A stretch of 64,000 nt of DNA from a virus, in the IMG/VR virus record IMGVR_UViG_3300031466_000074; one strand, given 5' to 3'. A model generated the notes under the pieces. The model ran no database searches and was not told where the DNA came from. It was given only the letters and a program-made list of their open reading frames with translations. Positions 10,418 to 20,078 of this stretch are shown here, in pieces (position 1 is the stretch's first letter; the number at the start of each line of letters is the position of its first letter). The position numbers and the translations under genes are program-made.

Positions 10418-11074
10418 CTACCATCTCATGCAAGTGCAAGGATGCTGAAGAAGACGGGTCAAATCTTCCCACGCCAACTCCAACTCCCAAGGAATAAGCT
10501 TCTTTTCCACCACAAAATCTGGGTCAGGGTGAATATTACCTACAGAATCAATTCGATAAGTAGATACCCCCAGATATTTGGCGTAATTCAACACCCAACG
10601 ACTACCACCAGAGATGACGGGGTCATCTGACACGACGTACACTTCCGAAGACAAAGATGCTTGCAGAATATCCCGCTCAACCAAGCGCTTTTGTGGTTGC
10701 CCAAACCGCACACCCCGCTCCCACTTCGCTTTAGTAACAAACGGATGCAGAATAGCACCATGTTGCTTGATCCGCTCTGCCAACTGACGATTAGCCGCTG
10801 GATAGTACAACTCGGAAGGTGCAGTTGAAACAATGGCTACCGTTCTCGGATGAGTTGCATCCGATTTTAATGCACCTAAGTGCGCCGCTGTATCGATTCC
10901 TTCCGCCAAGCCTGAGACGACAGTAAAGCCAGATTCAACAAATTTCCACGAAAAATAACTCGCAACATCTCGAAGTGCAACAGACGCTCGACGAGAACCT
11001 ATTACAGTCTTAAATTTATGCCGCTGGGAAAAATCGACTTGTTGCCCGATCAAGGCGTAATTGACCAATAACAA
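10418..11074 (-). CDS. DprA/Smf (SLOG superfamily) protein
   Basis: VIGSRRAS, VVSGLAEGIDTAAHLGAL, YYPAANRQL, ERD, SGGS. Confidence 0.85.
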   Translation of the reverse strand: MLLVNYALIGQQVDFSQRHKFKTVIGSRRASVALRDVASYFSWKFVESGFTVVSGLAEGIDTAAHLGALKSDATHPRTVAIVSTAPSELYYPAANRQLAERIKQHGAILHPFVTKAKWERGVRFGQPQKRLVERDILQASLSSEVYVVSDDPVISGGSRWVLNYAKYLGVSTYRIDSVGNIHPDPDFVVEKKLIPWELELAWEDLTRLLQHPCTCMRW

Positions 11075-11178
11075 ACCCTCCTCTCATTAAGAATATTTAT
11101 TTAAGGCTTGTCCAACCCATTATCGCAAAAAGACCACCAACATTTAATGTTGGTGGTACTACTGAAGTTATTATACAC

Positions 11179-11817
11179 TTACACTTCGCGCCGCGTCAAC
11201 TCCCAAATGATTCGCCGCAACGCTTCTCCAACCCGTCCTTTAGGAAACTCTGCTACCCCGACAATGCGTGGATTAACAGGCTTCGAAAGACCATCTGCCC
11301 CGAAAACCCTTACCATCCGGTTGAACAAATTCGCATAGCTGACAACTGTCCTTGCCGAACCCAAAATATTATTCGCGTGCGACATAACGTAAATTTCACC
11401 AGAAAGAGCGGCTTTCATGATTGGAATAACAGGAACTCCCGGATCAGAAAAGAGCGCAGGACTGAGTGTAATGACCACCCCATGATTATGGGCGTTAGTA
11501 ATTTTAGAGCGAATTTCCCCACGCTCCACTTTACGTTCATTGTAATACAAGTCTTCTCGAATAAGCAAAACACACTTCGGTCTTGCCGGATTGTTAGACT
11601 CACCTTTCATAGCACCATAAAAAGCGGCATGATTTACCCCAACCGTAGTGTCCGTAACGAGCGTCGAACCCGTATTAACAACAATTTGCGCCATTCGATG
11701 TGCCGCCCGCGAAAGTTGCTCATCAGGATTAATCATCCCAACAACACTCACCGCATGCGCCAGATCCGCTGGATTAAACTTAATTTTTGAAGCACAATGA
11801 ATTCCGTACATAGTCAT
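11179..11817 (-). CDS. divergent DprA/SLOG-like paralog
   Basis: AVSVVG, TLVTDTTVGVNHAAFYGAM, ALSGEIYV, GSARTVVSYA align with the neighbouring DprA. Confidence 0.55.
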   Translation of the reverse strand: MTMYGIHCASKIKFNPADLAHAVSVVGMINPDEQLSRAAHRMAQIVVNTGSTLVTDTTVGVNHAAFYGAMKGESNNPARPKCVLLIREDLYYNERKVERGEIRSKITNAHNHGVVITLSPALFSDPGVPVIPIMKAALSGEIYVMSHANNILGSARTVVSYANLFNRMVRVFGADGLSKPVNPRIVGVAEFPKGRVGEALRRIIWELTRREV

Positions 11818-11931
11818 TCGCTCCTCTAATTTAATGATACAATAGAACTTAGTTTACAGTACCTCGAAAGAACTATATACTAAAAAGAAAAGACCCCCTT
11901 TTCGGAGGGTCTTTATCAATGTGCGAAAGAA

Positions 11932-12363
11932 TTAGTTGGTGGATTCCGTAGTTACTTCGATCTCCACAGCCGGTTCATCAGACGGGGCTGGAAGCACTTC
12001 TACCCCAACCGGAGTATCTGCATTTTCTGCCGGAGCCTCTTCCGTAACATCAGACTCTTCGGGTGCAACTTCGATATCAGCCGAAGGTTCTTCGACTACA
12101 CCGTCTTCAGACGGTGATACCGCGTCTTCCTCCACCCCAGTGGCATCTTCCGTAGCGGAAGTCTCTTCCTCTACCGTCGACTGCTCATCAATAGGAGCAT
12201 TGGCTTGATCCTCAATGACGCTTTCCGACGGGGCAGGAGCGGGAGCGACGTCCGGAGAATCCGTAGGCTTCTTGTCGTTGCACGCCGTCAACACCGCCAA
12301 AAGTGCCACGACACTCATAGACGTAATGACCCACTTTTTGAAACCCTTTCTCTCTGCTCTCAT
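11932..12363 (-). CDS. acidic low-complexity lipoprotein
   Basis: Signal peptide with lipobox LTAC; E/D/P-rich tail. Confidence 0.8.
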   Translation of the reverse strand: MRAERKGFKKWVITSMSVVALLAVLTACNDKKPTDSPDVAPAPAPSESVIEDQANAPIDEQSTVEEETSATEDATGVEEDAVSPSEDGVVEEPSADIEVAPEESDVTEEAPAENADTPVGVEVLPAPSDEPAVEIEVTTESTN

Positions 12364-12542
12364 TTTCTGTTTCCCTCCACTAAAATGTAAAATTTATGCC
12401 AACGCCAAAGGCGCTAACATATCAATGTAAATCAGAATCAAACAAACTACCCCGATTCGAGTAACTTTAACAAATTGTAACAGGAATGTACTCTCCTCAT
12501 AATAAAACGAGATGAGTCCAACGATATAAGAGAACCTTACAG

Positions 12543-12983
12543 TTACCCCTTGTGCGTCAAACGATTGACAAGATCCCGGAAAAAGACTTTGAAAGGATTG
12601 TAATGACGTCTCAGTTGCAGAGTAATAGTCTTTTTGTTGGGGAGCTGACGAAAATCATGTTCCAGTAAGAGTACCCCATCCTGGGTAATATAATAGTCGC
12701 TCCACGTATCCCCGTTAATTCGTTCGGAGAACTTGGCGATGAGAGTGCCCTTCTTCATACCATAAGTCGGCTTTGTCAAAACGAAAGCCCCGCTGGAGAT
12801 GTTAAGCCATTTCACTGGTTTCTTCGCCAACGAACCGTCTACCGATTGATAAACCGCCTCCAAATGAACCGAACCATCTCCGGTAGAAAATAGACCTACT
12901 TCCGTTAAAACACAAGGACACACCGACCTACCAGCCCCATCTTGAATAAACCGCACCTCAACCGGAACTGCATTTCGCAACAT
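12543..12983 (-). CDS. hypothetical protein
   Basis: RBS GGAGGGGG. Confidence 0.6.
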   Translation of the reverse strand: MLRNAVPVEVRFIQDGAGRSVCPCVLTEVGLFSTGDGSVHLEAVYQSVDGSLAKKPVKWLNISSGAFVLTKPTYGMKKGTLIAKFSERINGDTWSDYYITQDGVLLLEHDFRQLPNKKTITLQLRRHYNPFKVFFRDLVNRLTHKG

Positions 12984-13104
12984 AAAAATACCCCCTCCCT
13001 GCGAGTAGCTAAGAGTTATGTCCTACATCCACTACCACATCCAAAAAGAAAGAGAAGTCGCACTTAAATGCAACTTCTCCACTTGAAGGATGTATAATAG
13101 AGAA

Positions 13105-14154
13105 TTAGAGCGAAATGGTGAAAACCTGAATATTCAAATCCTTGGCGATCTGCTCCGCTACCGGGAACAGATGTTTTGCGCTCTGATGTACCCAAATCCC
13201 AACGATCTTGTTAATATCGACCAAGATACTTTTTACCGGACGTTTGCCGGATTTCCTAGCGCGAAGCGGCATCGTTTCATAGTTCGAAACATATTGAACC
13301 AACTTCGGCTTGTCGATTTGCGAAACGCAGAATTCCCCATTTGCATTTTTGAAGAAATTGACCTTTTGATTAGCAACCGCCAAAACCTTCCCTTTAACCC
13401 GGAAACCTGCAGGAGTGTAGCACTCTCCGCGCCCTGTGCAGACACGAATATTGTCCGGTGTTCCTACCCCGCGTTGCAGTGCTTGGAACGCCTCCAGAAA
13501 CGCTTCAGGCGTCGAACATTGGGCTTCATCGAGCGGGAGAGAGTAGTTTAAGGAGTCAAACCCCTTATCAAGTGGCGGGAGCGCTCGAACCGGAATCAGA
13601 TCTTGCTGGCGCAGTTCATTTACAAACTTATTGAACTCCTTTACATCACGCTCCAGTGCCGTACCCCTTGCCATGAAGATAGAGCGAATGACATGCCCCG
13701 CTTCAGGATGATCTGGGAAGCGATTAAACACCGCTTGCGAGAATTTTTCTGGGGTGAGGTATTTCATCATGCTTTGCCCGAGCGCATACAACTCCGAAGC
13801 AGTAAGGTTAGAATACACCCGGAGCCACTGGAGCATGTCCACCACCGAGTCACAATTGTCCGTGTCAAAATACTCCTTGTCAAAGCAGGTGAACAACCAA
13901 GGATAGTCCGACGGATCAGCCCCATCCACAAAGACCCCGGAATTCAGTTCCTGCTCCGTGGCGTAATATTCCCCGCGCTCATACAGCAACAAACGCGGAA
14001 ATGCCACCAGCGCCTCATGATAGCGCTTTGGAATGTCCGTGATCGGCACATCTACCAACGACGTAGTATTATCACTGTTTTCAATTTCAAACCGCAAGCC
14101 CAAAGGATTCGATGGGCTTTTACCATCCATCAAAACCGCCAAAATTTTCGGCAT
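13105..14154 (-). CDS. hypothetical protein
   Basis: 349-aa ORF, RBS AAGGAGGGG. Confidence 0.7.
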   Translation of the reverse strand: MPKILAVLMDGKSPSNPLGLRFEIENSDNTTSLVDVPITDIPKRYHEALVAFPRLLLYERGEYYATEQELNSGVFVDGADPSDYPWLFTCFDKEYFDTDNCDSVVDMLQWLRVYSNLTASELYALGQSMMKYLTPEKFSQAVFNRFPDHPEAGHVIRSIFMARGTALERDVKEFNKFVNELRQQDLIPVRALPPLDKGFDSLNYSLPLDEAQCSTPEAFLEAFQALQRGVGTPDNIRVCTGRGECYTPAGFRVKGKVLAVANQKVNFFKNANGEFCVSQIDKPKLVQYVSNYETMPLRARKSGKRPVKSILVDINKIVGIWVHQSAKHLFPVAEQIAKDLNIQVFTISL

Positions 14155-14409
14155 GCCTACCCCTCCTTAGTTAGCTACCTAATATAGACCCGCGTAGCAA
14201 AAGCATCAAACAACTGCAGGTTTCTAGACCGAAAAGATGACAAATATGTACTTCTATAAAAGGACAACCTAAGTCATTATAGAAAAATAAAAGAGGTACA
14301 TTCCCGCAGTTCCATCATATAGAAATAGAACAGGCGAGAAAGACCTCGATCATTATACCAAAATTTCATAGATATGTCAATAGATTATTTATGGAAGTCC
14401 AACAAAGAG

Positions 14410-14757
14410 TTAATTAACATAGGCTTGCAAGACAGTCTTCAGATACTCCAAGTCCGCATGCTCGACCCCGTAAGAGTAACGGTTGCCCCGTGCATTCAGC
14501 ACTTTGCACCGTTCCGGGTTCAAAGGAATACGCACTACCGTAGGAAAGAAACGCATGACCATATGTGCCAACGCATCTCCAGCCTCATCGGGATCGGAGA
14601 GCAGAAAAACCTGATCGCACTCTTGCAAAGCCTTCTCAATAAGCGACTTTACCCGATTATTCATGCGTGTACCATATGTAACCACGCAGTACAAGTCAGG
14701 GTAAAGCGTTTTTAAGTGTTGCTCATCCGCAGTACCTTCAACTACAAAAGCATTCAT
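14410..14757 (-). CDS. stand-alone Toprim protein, RNase M5-like
   Basis: VVEG..D, TYGT, LSDPDEAG and GVEHA motifs as in Bacillus RnmV N-domain. Confidence 0.8.
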   Translation of the reverse strand: MNAFVVEGTADEQHLKTLYPDLYCVVTYGTRMNNRVKSLIEKALQECDQVFLLSDPDEAGDALAHMVMRFFPTVVRIPLNPERCKVLNARGNRYSYGVEHADLEYLKTVLQAYVN

Positions 14758-14771
14758 GACCTACCCCCCCA

Positions 14772-15170
14772 CTAGGCTTCCGCCACCATTAACAACGGAC
14801 TTCGCATAACTTCCGAACCCACCAACTTGCCTTGAGAATCATAATACTCAAAAGAAAGCGACAAAACGTCCTGATCCTCAATCTCCTGCACAAAAACCAC
14901 CAACCAAGTACCCTTCGGTAGTCCGAAATGTCCGTGCGTAACAGTACGCCACTCAAGCAAGCTGAACTCCAACAACTCCGAAGGTACGACAAAACCCGAA
15001 GGAAACTCCTTATTAACAACACAGATAAGATCCGTGCCGGGAAGATACTCCTTAACCACAAAAATAGTGCCTTGACAGACCCCTTGATAAGGACGCGTGA
15101 GTTTCACAAAACGATGAAGATTCTTTCCCGTGCTCTTCCCGGAAAAATATTCTAAACCATACCAGTTCAA
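14772..15170 (-). CDS. hypothetical protein
   Basis: RBS AGGAGG before TTG. Confidence 0.6.
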   Translation of the reverse strand: MNWYGLEYFSGKSTGKNLHRFVKLTRPYQGVCQGTIFVVKEYLPGTDLICVVNKEFPSGFVVPSELLEFSLLEWRTVTHGHFGLPKGTWLVVFVQEIEDQDVLSLSFEYYDSQGKLVGSEVMRSPLLMVAEA

Positions 15171-15325
15171 ACTCGCTACCTCCTAACCATGAAGATGTTA
15201 ATAGTATAAAAAACGTTTCATTAAAACGCCAGCAAGTTTCCGACATCCTGAAACTTTTATCTAAAAATAATACCTCAATAACATAAAAAGAACTCCCAAA
15301 GGGAGTTCCTCTATAAGTCAAAAAA

Positions 15326-15607
15326 TTATTCAAAAGTCGGGAGGGAATCCAAGTTATTATCATCAGAAGCATCAGGCTTAGAACGCAAAACAGCTTGCCC
15401 AGTGTTCCCTTTTTGCAAAATCAGACCGTGAGATTGATTACTCTTAACCAATGAAATCGCTTCATCATAGCTGATAACCCGACCATCCGCCAATTTGAAC
15501 TTTTCGATATCACCTTGACCGTTCTTCTTAACAGCTACAACCTCAGAACCCGCTAATGAGATTTTTGTCTCGATAGCAGGATCACCATAAACACCAGTTT
15601 TCGCCAT
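15326..15607 (-). CDS. DUF3892-like small protein
   Basis: VAVKKNGQGDI...LRSKPDASDDNNLDSLPTF; RBS GGAGG. Confidence 0.75.
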   Translation of the reverse strand: MAKTGVYGDPAIETKISLAGSEVVAVKKNGQGDIEKFKLADGRVISYDEAISLVKSNQSHGLILQKGNTGQAVLRSKPDASDDNNLDSLPTFE

Positions 15608-15732
15608 GAAAAGCGCCTCCCATAAGTGAATTGACTGCAGTTTTAGCCTACCCCAACGAGGGTTCGAATATACTTTACAAATTCGGGAAAAGAAAAGACG
15701 CGTCAGGTACAGACACCGACGCGTCAACTCTA

Positions 15733-16566
15733 TTACATCGCAACTAACAAATCTTGATCCGGCAAATGAAGCTCCCCAAGAGCTGTAAACGCATATATCC
15801 ATTCCACAATATGTTGAACCTCAGAAGACTCCAATGTAGAATTGAAAAATCGAAATTCTACCGTATTATGCTTCTCAACGCTATGATAATTAAGCGCATA
15901 ATAACGCTCAGGATGAGGGTTGTCCTCTGTTACCCCATGCCTCAAAACAGCGCGATATACCGCCAATAAATCGGGTACAGTATAAATATTCCCATGTAAA
16001 GTCGTGAAGTCCTGTACTGCTTCAGGAGGGAAAGGCTTACAATATTTCTCTCGACGATAAACCTCCGTTTTGAAGTAACTCAAAATAGCATCCTGATTCG
16101 CCGCAAAACGAGACAACAAACCCAGCATATACCCCAAATCGTCATTAGCATCTACATGAATATGAATCCCTGTAGTATGATTGACAATACCCCCACTCTG
16201 ACGAATTTCCATGACCAACCCGAGCAGGACAGGCAAATCGTCCAAAGTGAGTGCTGGAGTTACTAACTCAGCCTTATAGTCGTTATCATCAAACAAAATA
16301 ACCCCTTGATCCGTCAGCGACACAACACCTAAATGATCAGAAGGTGCTTTATCCGCATAAACCGCAGAGGTAATACTCCGATCCCGAACTACTTTCCAAC
16401 GACGTTTTTGAGCATCCCGTACAACATAATAGAAATAAGGGTCATCATGCACCGTAGACAAAACCGACTCATAATGGGAAGCGCCAAAATAGTTCATCAT
16501 CAACTTCGCTACATCTTGACGATGTAAACCAGTAAACTCTAACTCAAATCCAAATCTCCATACCAT
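15733..16566 (-). CDS. amidoligase (amidoligase_2/COOH-NH2 ligase-like)
   Basis: FGFELEF, ELVTP, GIHIHV, RYYALN and TVEFRFF motifs. Confidence 0.85.
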   Translation of the reverse strand: MVWRFGFELEFTGLHRQDVAKLMMNYFGASHYESVLSTVHDDPYFYYVVRDAQKRRWKVVRDRSITSAVYADKAPSDHLGVVSLTDQGVILFDDNDYKAELVTPALTLDDLPVLLGLVMEIRQSGGIVNHTTGIHIHVDANDDLGYMLGLLSRFAANQDAILSYFKTEVYRREKYCKPFPPEAVQDFTTLHGNIYTVPDLLAVYRAVLRHGVTEDNPHPERYYALNYHSVEKHNTVEFRFFNSTLESSEVQHIVEWIYAFTALGELHLPDQDLLVAM

Positions 16567-16886
16567 AAAGCACCTTCCTAACGACCAGAATTAACAATAA
16601 GAGAAAAAGAGCAGTTACTTATTTATTGTAACAAAATTTTCCCTTTAGGACAAGCAGGTAAAGCTAACCCCCAACTTTATTTCAACCAAGAAGAAAGAAA
16701 AAGACCAGCGTATGGAACATACGCTGGTCAAGAACTCACACCCGAACTATCACAGTCCGAATTTCTTGAGCAAGTTAAGCGCAAAGATTAAAAATACCCC
16801 ATACCGTGCATGATCGTACAAAAGCATGCGCGTCAAAAGAAAAAGACCCGTCACGCTACCGACAGGTCTCACAGGTCTCAAGTAAA

Positions 16887-16960
16887 AGCATCCGACTGGA
16901 TTCGAACCAGCGAATACGAGTTTTGCAGACTCGCCCCTTAAACCACTTGGGTACGGATGC
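16887..16960 (-). tRNA. tRNA-Cys(GCA)
   Basis: Cloverleaf; anticodon arm CGAGT-CTGCAAA-ACTCG; CCA not encoded. Confidence 0.92.
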
Positions 16961-16982
16961 ATATACAAACTAAAATACCAAA

Positions 16983-17186
16983 TCAAAGCGGATAGATCTT
17001 CGTGCCACGTTCAGTGTTCGCTGAGATAAGTCGCATCTTCATAACAGGACTGATATCCCATGTCTTTACACAAGTGTTACAAAACATATTCCCGAATCGA
17101 ACTGCACCACAGTCAGGACAAGTGGAATGCTCATGCGGATACGTTTTTGCACAACCAACAAAAGGACACGTACCTTCAAACCGCAC
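16983..17186 (-). CDS. small Cys/His-rich (zinc-binding) protein
   Basis: CPFVGC..HEH..CPDC..CNTC. Confidence 0.6.
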   Translation of the reverse strand: MRFEGTCPFVGCAKTYPHEHSTCPDCGAVRFGNMFCNTCVKTWDISPVMKMRLISANTERGTKIYPL

Positions 17187-17293
17187 TCTTTAATACCCCC
17201 AATGCACATGGATCGCAAGGAAGACAAACGACCACATTAATAGATAATCCACAAATCCAACCCTTACCTTCTCTCCACCAAAAGAGAAAAGTA

Positions 17294-17386
17294 TGGTGGA
17301 GCCGACAGGACTCGAACCTGCACAGCGGTGACGAACCGCCTTAAGCGATTTTCAAGACCGCCTCCTTACCATTCGGACACGGCTCC
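17294..17386 (-). tRNA. tRNA-Ser(UGA)
   Basis: Class II cloverleaf, loop CTTGAAA, CCA encoded, discriminator A. Confidence 0.88.
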
Positions 17387-17395
17387 GCAAAAGTA

Positions 17396-17491
17396 TGGCG
17401 GACAGTGAGGGACTCTAACCCCCCGAAGGATGCTCCTCACACCCCTTCTTGCTTTCAAGACGAGCGCATTCAACCACTCTGCCAACCATCC
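17396..17491 (-). tRNA. tRNA-Ser(UGA), atypical/degenerate
   Basis: Class II body, loop CTTGAAA; T-loop TTAGAGT and C-A mismatch in anticodon stem. Confidence 0.7.
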
Positions 17492-17541
17492 AACATTTGT
17501 TCATAGCCTACCATGTCAGTCTGATAAGCGCAAGACCCCAA

Positions 17542-17796
17542 TCAGTAATGGGTGACTACACCGGAAGGAAGTTGCGACTGATAGTCGTTAATGGAATCGA
17601 GTATTCGAACTTCCAAACGCTGGAGTTCATCCCAGTCTGGAAGTGACCGAATACTATACTTGAAGTTGTTTAATACCATATGGATCGCGCGGAGACGCTC
17701 CACCTTGACATGCGGCGGGTAACTCGTGCGGATAGTGGTATCGACTGCCCGACGTACCCCCTCAATCGCATAGTTGGTGCGCCGTCGAGAACGCAT
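17542..17796 (-). CDS. hypothetical protein
   Basis: RBS AAGGAGGAG. Confidence 0.6.
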   Translation of the reverse strand: MRSRRRTNYAIEGVRRAVDTTIRTSYPPHVKVERLRAIHMVLNNFKYSIRSLPDWDELQRLEVRILDSINDYQSQLPSGVVTHY

Positions 17797-17809
17797 AAAC
17801 TACTCCTCC

Positions 17810-18091
17810 TTACAAGAGCGTCTCCACACCGATGACCGTCTGCAAATTATGGTTGCCATTGGTCGTGACCAAGCCCGCCGGGGTAACCTTCTTGATGGTA
17901 ACCACATAGGATTTCCGACCACCATGATTTGTGTGCAAATGCAGACGAACTTCTTTCCCCATCAAAACCGGAGCCGCCGCAACGATTTCTTGTACCCCCA
18001 GCATCATGACCATATACCTCCAGTAGAGAGTCGCGAGAGATGTACGGCTTTCGATAAGGGTTTTATCTACCGCCGCCCCCGGTAACCCCAA
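17810..18091 (-). CDS. hypothetical protein (start may be internal)
   Basis: ORF in gene string; GGAGG before internal ATGs. Confidence 0.5.
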   Translation of the reverse strand: MGLPGAAVDKTLIESRTSLATLYWRYMVMMLGVQEIVAAAPVLMGKEVRLHLHTNHGGRKSYVVTIKKVTPAGLVTTNGNHNLQTVIGVETLL

Positions 18092-18252
18092 GGCTCCCGC
18101 ATTTCTCTACTAGTGTACCATTAAATTGAAGATTTTTCAAGAGTCGCATACTAGGAATCCCCTCAATTTTCAGGTAGTCGTTAAAAATTAACGAAGTGAG
18201 ATAAGGTGGAGAAGCTAAGACTACCATAAAGCAAGATACCCCTACTCCCGCT

Positions 18253-18627
18253 TTATGCTGAGGGGAGAGGGTAGGCGATCAAGGTCTTACCGCCAAACTC
18301 CAACTGCGCCACCATACAGGAAAGCTGAGTGATACCCAACTCTTGCCGACGGCGACGAACAGCCTTCAGCGGTACACCAAAGAGCTGAGCGATGTGTCTG
18401 TCCGGGACTACCTCAATATACCAAAGATGGCGCAACTGCTCCTTCGAAAGGGAGTCCAGCGACGGGAGCGTACCCGCCTCACGCAACTGCTGAAAATGCG
18501 AAAACAACGGTTTCCTCTCGATATACGCGCTCTGCAAATAGTCAAACTCCACATCGACGACCGGAAGAACTCCACGGGCGAACAAATCGTCCACCGCTTG
18601 TTTGAGCTTCTTATCAGACGTGACCAA
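18253..18627 (-). CDS. hypothetical protein with C-terminal HTH-like motif
   Basis: RBS GAGGTGG before TTG 18627; PDRHIAQLFGVPLKAVRRRR. Confidence 0.6.
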   Translation of the reverse strand: MVTSDKKLKQAVDDLFARGVLPVVDVEFDYLQSAYIERKPLFSHFQQLREAGTLPSLDSLSKEQLRHLWYIEVVPDRHIAQLFGVPLKAVRRRRQELGITQLSCMVAQLEFGGKTLIAYPLPSA

Positions 18628-18652
18628 GAAAACCACCTCAAAAAAAAAATAG

Positions 18653-18745
18653 TGGAGGATCGAGAGGGATTCGAACCCTCGGAGGAAGTCAAACTCCCCC
18701 AACGCATTAGAAACGCGCCGCCTTCAACCGCTCAGCCACCGATCC
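18653..18745 (-). tRNA. class II (Ser-type body) tRNA with UCU (Arg) anticodon
   Basis: GGATCGG/TCGATCC acceptor, Ser-type D arm, loop TTTCTAA, long variable arm, CCA encoded. Confidence 0.85.
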
Positions 18746-18772
18746 AGAGGAAAACCTTAGACGGAAACCCGT

Positions 18773-18979
18773 CTAAGGTTTGATATGGGTATGCAACCCA
18801 CTATTGACGCGAAGATTATTGGCAAAAGTTTGCGCTCCCGCCAAGGTGTCAAACTTAGCACGAATTTCCCACATCTTGAAAGAGAATGCGACCCCCGCTC
18901 GTGCCATTGACGCACAGTGTTCTACCAACTCTTTAGGATCACCCGTGACGATAACCGTAACCTGTGAATGCCGTGGCAT
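18773..18979 (-). CDS. hypothetical protein
   Basis: RBS AGGGGG. Confidence 0.55.
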   Translation of the reverse strand: MPRHSQVTVIVTGDPKELVEHCASMARAGVAFSFKMWEIRAKFDTLAGAQTFANNLRVNSGLHTHIKP

Positions 18980-18990
18980 ATCATTACCCC

Positions 18991-19236
18991 CTAATCCGAG
19001 ACATATGTTATAGAGAAAGATTCCGGTTGAATATAACTTGCACTTAGGTCAGTTGACCGCTGAAATGCCCGCGAAACCGCTGTGTAGACTTCCTTGTTCA
19101 AAGTCCGAGGAACCCACGGCATTGTATAATTATAATAATCAAAAACCGCAAGCTGTTCAGAATCGCATAGGGCAACTTGAAGTACAACGAAAAGCACTAG
19201 AGCTATAGCCTTGCGCTCAGAAACAGAGAACGTCAT
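18991..19236 (-). CDS. hypothetical protein
   Basis: ORF in gene string. Confidence 0.5.
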   Translation of the reverse strand: MTFSVSERKAIALVLFVVLQVALCDSEQLAVFDYYNYTMPWVPRTLNKEVYTAVSRAFQRSTDLSASYIQPESFSITYVSD

Positions 19237-19275
19237 TTGTTCCCTTCAATCCTTTTAACCGCAAGCTACGAGCTA

Positions 19276-19749
19276 TTATCCAACTCTGGAAAGCGTATTT
19301 ACATCCCAAACCTCCGTAACAGCGTAAGACTTATCCTGAGCATCCAGACGAACACTGCACTTGAAACCCGTACTTCCGTAATGTCGGCAGAGATAGTCCA
19401 AATTGTCCTCAAGATCCGCATACCTTGCCCGGAAGCCAGTACCCCCAAAATACATGGTACAGTCGGTGTTTCCACGCATATATGACGTTACAGCGGCGGG
19501 AGGATACCCCAAGTACAAACCAAGAATATCGTGCTTATAATCAAGCACAAGCTTGTCACTTCCCTTGGGTGAAACCCAATGCACTCCAACTTTCATGAAC
19601 GCTTCTTTGTCCCACTCAGCGCGAAACAATACCACCGATCTTCGATGAGGAAACGACAAAGTCAAATGCTCCGAGTGCCCTATTCTGCGAGCTTGTTTCT
19701 CCGGTACAATATCACAAGCCACCAATCCAAGTTTGAATAATTCCTGCAA
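19276..19749 (-). CDS. hypothetical protein
   Basis: RBS GAGGGG before TTG. Confidence 0.6.
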   Translation of the reverse strand: MQELFKLGLVACDIVPEKQARRIGHSEHLTLSFPHRRSVVLFRAEWDKEAFMKVGVHWVSPKGSDKLVLDYKHDILGLYLGYPPAAVTSYMRGNTDCTMYFGGTGFRARYADLEDNLDYLCRHYGSTGFKCSVRLDAQDKSYAVTEVWDVNTLSRVG

Positions 19750-19774
19750 AAATACCCCTCGTTTACTGTAGTTT

Positions 19775-19862
19775 TGGTGCGGTCGGAGGGAGTCGAACCC
19801 TCACGCCCTTGCGGACACTACCCCCTCGAGATAGCGCGTCTGCCTAATTCCGCCACGACCGC
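19775..19862 (-). tRNA. tRNA-Leu(GAG)
   Basis: Leu-type class II cloverleaf; loop TCGAGGG (C33 instead of U33). Confidence 0.85.
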
Positions 19863-19867
19863 ATGTT

Positions 19868-19986
19868 GGGTGGGAGGTTGCGGGAATCGAACCCGCCGAC
19901 CGATGCTACCACGCACCAGCCTAGACCACCAAGGAGGAATCGAACCTCCAGAGGGAGCTACCCTCCGCTCCAAGTAACCTCCCATC
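19868..19986 (-). ncRNA. tRNA-like RNA with two T-arms and no anticodon arm
   Basis: TGGGAGGTT/AACCTCCCA closing stem; GGAGG-TTCGATT-CCTCC and GCGGG-TTCGATT-CCCGC. Confidence 0.7.
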
Positions 19987-19991
19987 AAATA

Positions 19992-20078
19992 TGGTGCGTC
20001 CGGCAGGATTCGAACCTGCACGTCCGAAGACACTAGAGCCTAAATCTAGCGCGTCTGCCAAAATTCCGCCACGGACGC
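19992..20078 (-). tRNA. tRNA-Leu(UAG)
   Basis: CTAGA-TTTAGGC-TCTAG; CCA encoded. Confidence 0.93.

Noticed and set aside
18653-18745. Genome-wide amber recoding via a CUA suppressor
   Set aside because: The best pairing register gives UCU; conserved genes are uninterrupted in code 11 and several end in TAG
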